From positions 6,331 to 70,330 of the forward strand of contig JACPGH010000003.1 in assembly GCA_016182485.1 (NCBI GenBank): a stretch of DNA of 64,000 nt, given 5' to 3'. Source of the stretch: Candidatus Kaiserbacteria bacterium (lineage in GTDB: Bacteria > Patescibacteriota > Minisyncoccia > Phycocordibacterales > Phycocordibacteraceae). Positions 61,263-64,000 of this stretch are shown here, piece by piece (the first letter of the stretch is position 1; every line of letters starts with the position of its first letter). The notes beneath the pieces were generated by a model that was given only the letters and a program-made list of their open reading frames with translations, was not told the origin of the DNA and did no database searches. Position numbers and translations under genes: made by a program.

Positions 61263-61889
61263 CTAATAGTTTTTTACTCCTATCGCCTTAGCTATCGTTT
61301 TTATGTCCGGGAACGACGATTCGTATGCCGGATCAACTGCCGCGACCGCGCTCGCAGGCGCCTTCTGCATCATTTTCTTGCCCGGGAAATAGCGCTCGAC
61401 GAGCAGGTCGACGAGGCGCTCCTTATGCCAGTGCGGAACACCGAAGGCCTTTATGTACGTATCTATTGCCATATGCACTATCTCGTGTGCGGCTACGGCG
61501 GCAGATTTTTCTATGTTCTCCGCCATACGCAGGACGATCAGCGAGCGAGCTGGGTTGTATCCTCCGCCGGTGCCGTACTTGGTAAGTACGATCTCATACG
61601 CGTCCTTCAGATCGAAGGACGACACTTTCTTCATCTCCGCGAATCCTGGCTGAAATGCTGGCCAAACTGCGAGCAGTTGCTGTGCGTAGGCGCTATATGC
61701 ATCTAAGTCGTACTCTTTCCGCACCGCATTCGCTACGTCTTCATCGGTAGAGTCTTTAGTCACGCCGGAGGGCAAGCGGATATTCTCTGCCGGATATCCC
61801 ATTTGCAGGTACCAATCGTACTTGCGGACGACCCCGCGTACGGTCGAAATCTCAGCCTCAAGTGAATGGTTGATGGTGGCCGTAATCAT
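61263..61889 (-). CDS. Hypothetical protein with HExxH motif
   Basis: TKYGTGGGY, AHEIVH, HWHKERLVD. Confidence 0.65.
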   Translation of the reverse strand: MITATINHSLEAEISTVRGVVRKYDWYLQMGYPAENIRLPSGVTKDSTDEDVANAVRKEYDLDAYSAYAQQLLAVWPAFQPGFAEMKKVSSFDLKDAYEIVLTKYGTGGGYNPARSLIVLRMAENIEKSAAVAAHEIVHMAIDTYIKAFGVPHWHKERLVDLLVERYFPGKKMMQKAPASAVAAVDPAYESSFPDIKTIAKAIGVKNY

Positions 61890-61971
61890 GCTGTAATCAG
61901 CTCGGCAATAATCCTATTATCGTAGCATCGTCTGAAGATCCTCCGCTAATTTATCATCCGTACAACCATCT

Positions 61972-62000
61972 TTGACACCTTACTTAATATAAGGTACTGT
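61972..62000 (+). promoter_or_regulatory. Sigma70 promoter with palindromic spacer
   Basis: TTGACA-17 nt-TACTGT; spacer cctta...taagg. Confidence 0.55.
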
Positions 62001-62048
62001 CTCATTGGAAGAGTGGCACATTAAAGCAAGAAAAGAGGGGAAACTGAG

Positions 62049-63215
62049 ATGACAAGAAAGAAAGTTCTTAAACTACGGAGAGAGTGTTTTGGCGGAACTA
62101 TCTTCGATATCACTTCAGGCAGAAGGGCGTATGTAGACCGGACTGAGTTTGAGCGCATCAAGTGCCATCGTGGCCTAGACGCGCACCTGATGGCGGAACT
62201 CGGCATGAACGGGTCCATTGATGTCACGACGCCAGCATGGATACCGGACTTCAACTTCAGTGCACCTGATACGGTCTTCTTTGAAGTCACCCGAGCATGC
62301 AACTTGCGCTGTAGCCATTGCCTCAATGCGTCGGGAGTTCGGTCCATGGATGAACTGACTCAGAAACAGCGTTTGTCGATGATCGACGACCTCGCGGAAA
62401 CGGGTGTCCAAGAAATCAGGTTCACCGGTGGCGAGCCGATGATCCTCGATGGTCTCGGGGAATTGCTCGCACGCGCCACCGCTCTCAACCTGAGAACCTC
62501 CATGGGAACCAACGCTGTGCTGGCTACGGAGAAGAACGTTCACAGGTTTGCGCGATTCCTTCACATGGCTATCGTCAGTATAGATGGAATGGAAGATCGA
62601 CATGACTCGATCCGAGGGCGCGGAGCTTTCAGAAGGACGATGGCTGGAATGGAGAATTTCCTGTCATATAGCATCAAGGTCAGGGTGAATACCGTCATCA
62701 TGCGGTCAGGTATCCATGATACTGTCGCATTGGCGGAGCATCTCTACAACCGAGGCATCCCGCTCTTTGTCAGGAGGCTCGTGCCCTCAGGAAGGGCAAC
62801 CGACATGTTGAGCGAGGTGCTGAATAAGGAAGAATACGAGCAGGTCTGCGTCCAGTTGAAGCCCTACCTCGCGGATCCGAGAGGACTGACTCAGGGACAT
62901 TACCTGAATGAAAGAGCGCTGGAAACCAGGATACGTCTCCCATTCCGAAGAAGTAGCTGTAGCGCCGGTCATAGAGGAATGGTGACACTGCCGAACGGAA
63001 ATATGCAAACATGCGGCTTTCTCGGATCGCTTGGTGAACCATCGGTTGGGAAAGTACCGGACGAGTCTTTGGCGACCATATGGAAGAGGTTACTAGTCTC
63101 TAACCATATCGCATCGCTTGAAGATAATCTGGCCATCCATAACCAATACTCCACGGGCCCGTCCACGAACTGTCTCGCGATCGCGCTCTCGTCACGAATA
63201 TGTACGCCACCATAG
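62049..63215 (+). CDS. Radical SAM protein with SPASM/twitch-like C-terminus
   Basis: CNLRCSHC, FTGGEP, VSIDG, CSAG...GNMQTC. Confidence 0.93.
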   Translation: MTRKKVLKLRRECFGGTIFDITSGRRAYVDRTEFERIKCHRGLDAHLMAELGMNGSIDVTTPAWIPDFNFSAPDTVFFEVTRACNLRCSHCLNASGVRSMDELTQKQRLSMIDDLAETGVQEIRFTGGEPMILDGLGELLARATALNLRTSMGTNAVLATEKNVHRFARFLHMAIVSIDGMEDRHDSIRGRGAFRRTMAGMENFLSYSIKVRVNTVIMRSGIHDTVALAEHLYNRGIPLFVRRLVPSGRATDMLSEVLNKEEYEQVCVQLKPYLADPRGLTQGHYLNERALETRIRLPFRRSSCSAGHRGMVTLPNGNMQTCGFLGSLGEPSVGKVPDESLATIWKRLLVSNHIASLEDNLAIHNQYSTGPSTNCLAIALSSRICTPP

Positions 63216-63226
63216 GAGAGTGAATC

Positions 63227-63766
63227 ATGATCGTCGGCCTAGTCGGCCTCCACGGCAGCGGCAAAAGTAACTTGTCGAGCCTTCTCGAGAAGGAATTCGG
63301 TTGGGTCACAGTAAATAAGCGAGTAATCCTGGAGAGGGTCTTCTCGAGAGACTTTCCGTCGCCAGAGAATCCCGAGTCAATCGACTGGTACCGCAGTATG
63401 TATAAATCATACGGCGTGTCGAGACTCATGGAACTTGTTCTCGGGGAGGTACCGAAAAATGCCAATGTGGTGCTTGACGCCATCCACAATCCCCGGGAGT
63501 GGTCAGTTGTCAAAAAAGAGTCTCCTTCTTCGATGCTTGTGGCTGTATTCTCGCCTCAGACCACTAGGGATACACGGAATAGCCCACAAGACGCATGCCT
63601 TGACCAAAAGAGGGTTTCTTATTGGCATGACGGCGATAGCGAGCTGGAAGCGTGTCTGCTATCAGAGGTCGAGTGGGCCTTCACTGGAGTTCACCCCACA
63701 GAGTTGCTACGGGCTGAATGTGCAGAGTTCATAAAGTTCCTCAAAGCCTCTGGATGTGTTCGTTGA
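63227..63766 (+). CDS. P-loop nucleoside/nucleotide kinase-like protein
   Basis: IVGLVGLHGSGKS Walker A, VVLDAIH. Confidence 0.75.
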   Translation: MIVGLVGLHGSGKSNLSSLLEKEFGWVTVNKRVILERVFSRDFPSPENPESIDWYRSMYKSYGVSRLMELVLGEVPKNANVVLDAIHNPREWSVVKKESPSSMLVAVFSPQTTRDTRNSPQDACLDQKRVSYWHDGDSELEACLLSEVEWAFTGVHPTELLRAECAEFIKFLKASGCVR

Positions 63767-63776
63767 CCTCACAACT

Positions 63777-63808
63777 AACCCCTTGGTACACTATTGTACC
63801 AAGGGGTT
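63777..63808. terminator. 14-bp hairpin, possible terminator
   Basis: aaccccttggtaca-ctat-tgtaccaaggggtt. Confidence 0.6.
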
Positions 63809-63822
63809 CGCAATTTTTGTAC

Positions 63823-64000
63823 ATGCCTGGTACCCAAGAACAAGCTCGAGAACAAGTGAAGAAGGCTGGCGCGATAGTTCTGCGTCCTGATTATTCTGCG
63901 CAGATAGTCCTTGTATATAGGGCGAAAGAAAGGGACTGGTCCTTTCCAAAGGGACATGTTGAGGAAGGCGAGACTCCTTTGGCCGCTTGCCTGAGAGAAG
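63823..64000 (+). CDS. NUDIX hydrolase, 3' end outside window (not in ORF track)
   Basis: Hand translation MPGTQEQ...AGAIVL...WSFPKGHVEEGETPLAACLRE. Confidence 0.85.
   Translation, partial: MPGTQEQAREQVKKAGAIVLRPDYSAQIVLVYRAKERDWSFPKGHVEEGETPLAACLRE

Overview
Chromosomal window of a small-genome bacterium; gene content and style suggest Patescibacteria/CPR (Parcubacteria-like), which is an inference. In order: a type IV pilus locus (pilB end, response regulator, pilT, pilC, two pilins, pilD, four minor pilins), ligA, gatC/gatA, a P-type ATPase, an atypical initiator tRNA-Met followed by a ~10 kb accessory island (GIY-YIG nuclease, truncated DDE transposase, 5'-truncated ABC-F, many small enzymes, intergenic repeats), a cold-shock gene, two GT4s plus a glucosidase, and an NHEJ locus (split ligD, ku). 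The NHEJ locus is interrupted by a diversity-generating retroelement (DGR): target gene 32843-33475 with VR 33377-33471, TR 33788-33882 (16 of 17 mismatches at TR adenines), an Avd-like gene on the opposite strand, and an RT gene broken by two internal deletions. A second probable DGR target with no template in this window lies at 39038-39505. Then follow a CsoR/CopA copper locus, ECF sigma/anti-sigma, D-2-hydroxyacid dehydrogenase, glycerate kinase-ppsA-eno, a PaaK-like/ThiF/S9 peptidase/nitroreductase cluster and a radical SAM operon. Other notable signals: two structured ncRNA candidates (one with 14 nt complementary to the canonical 16S rRNA 3' end), palindromic elements embedded in frame in housekeeping genes, and a pervasive leaderless promoter architecture. 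All calls were made by eye, without database searches.
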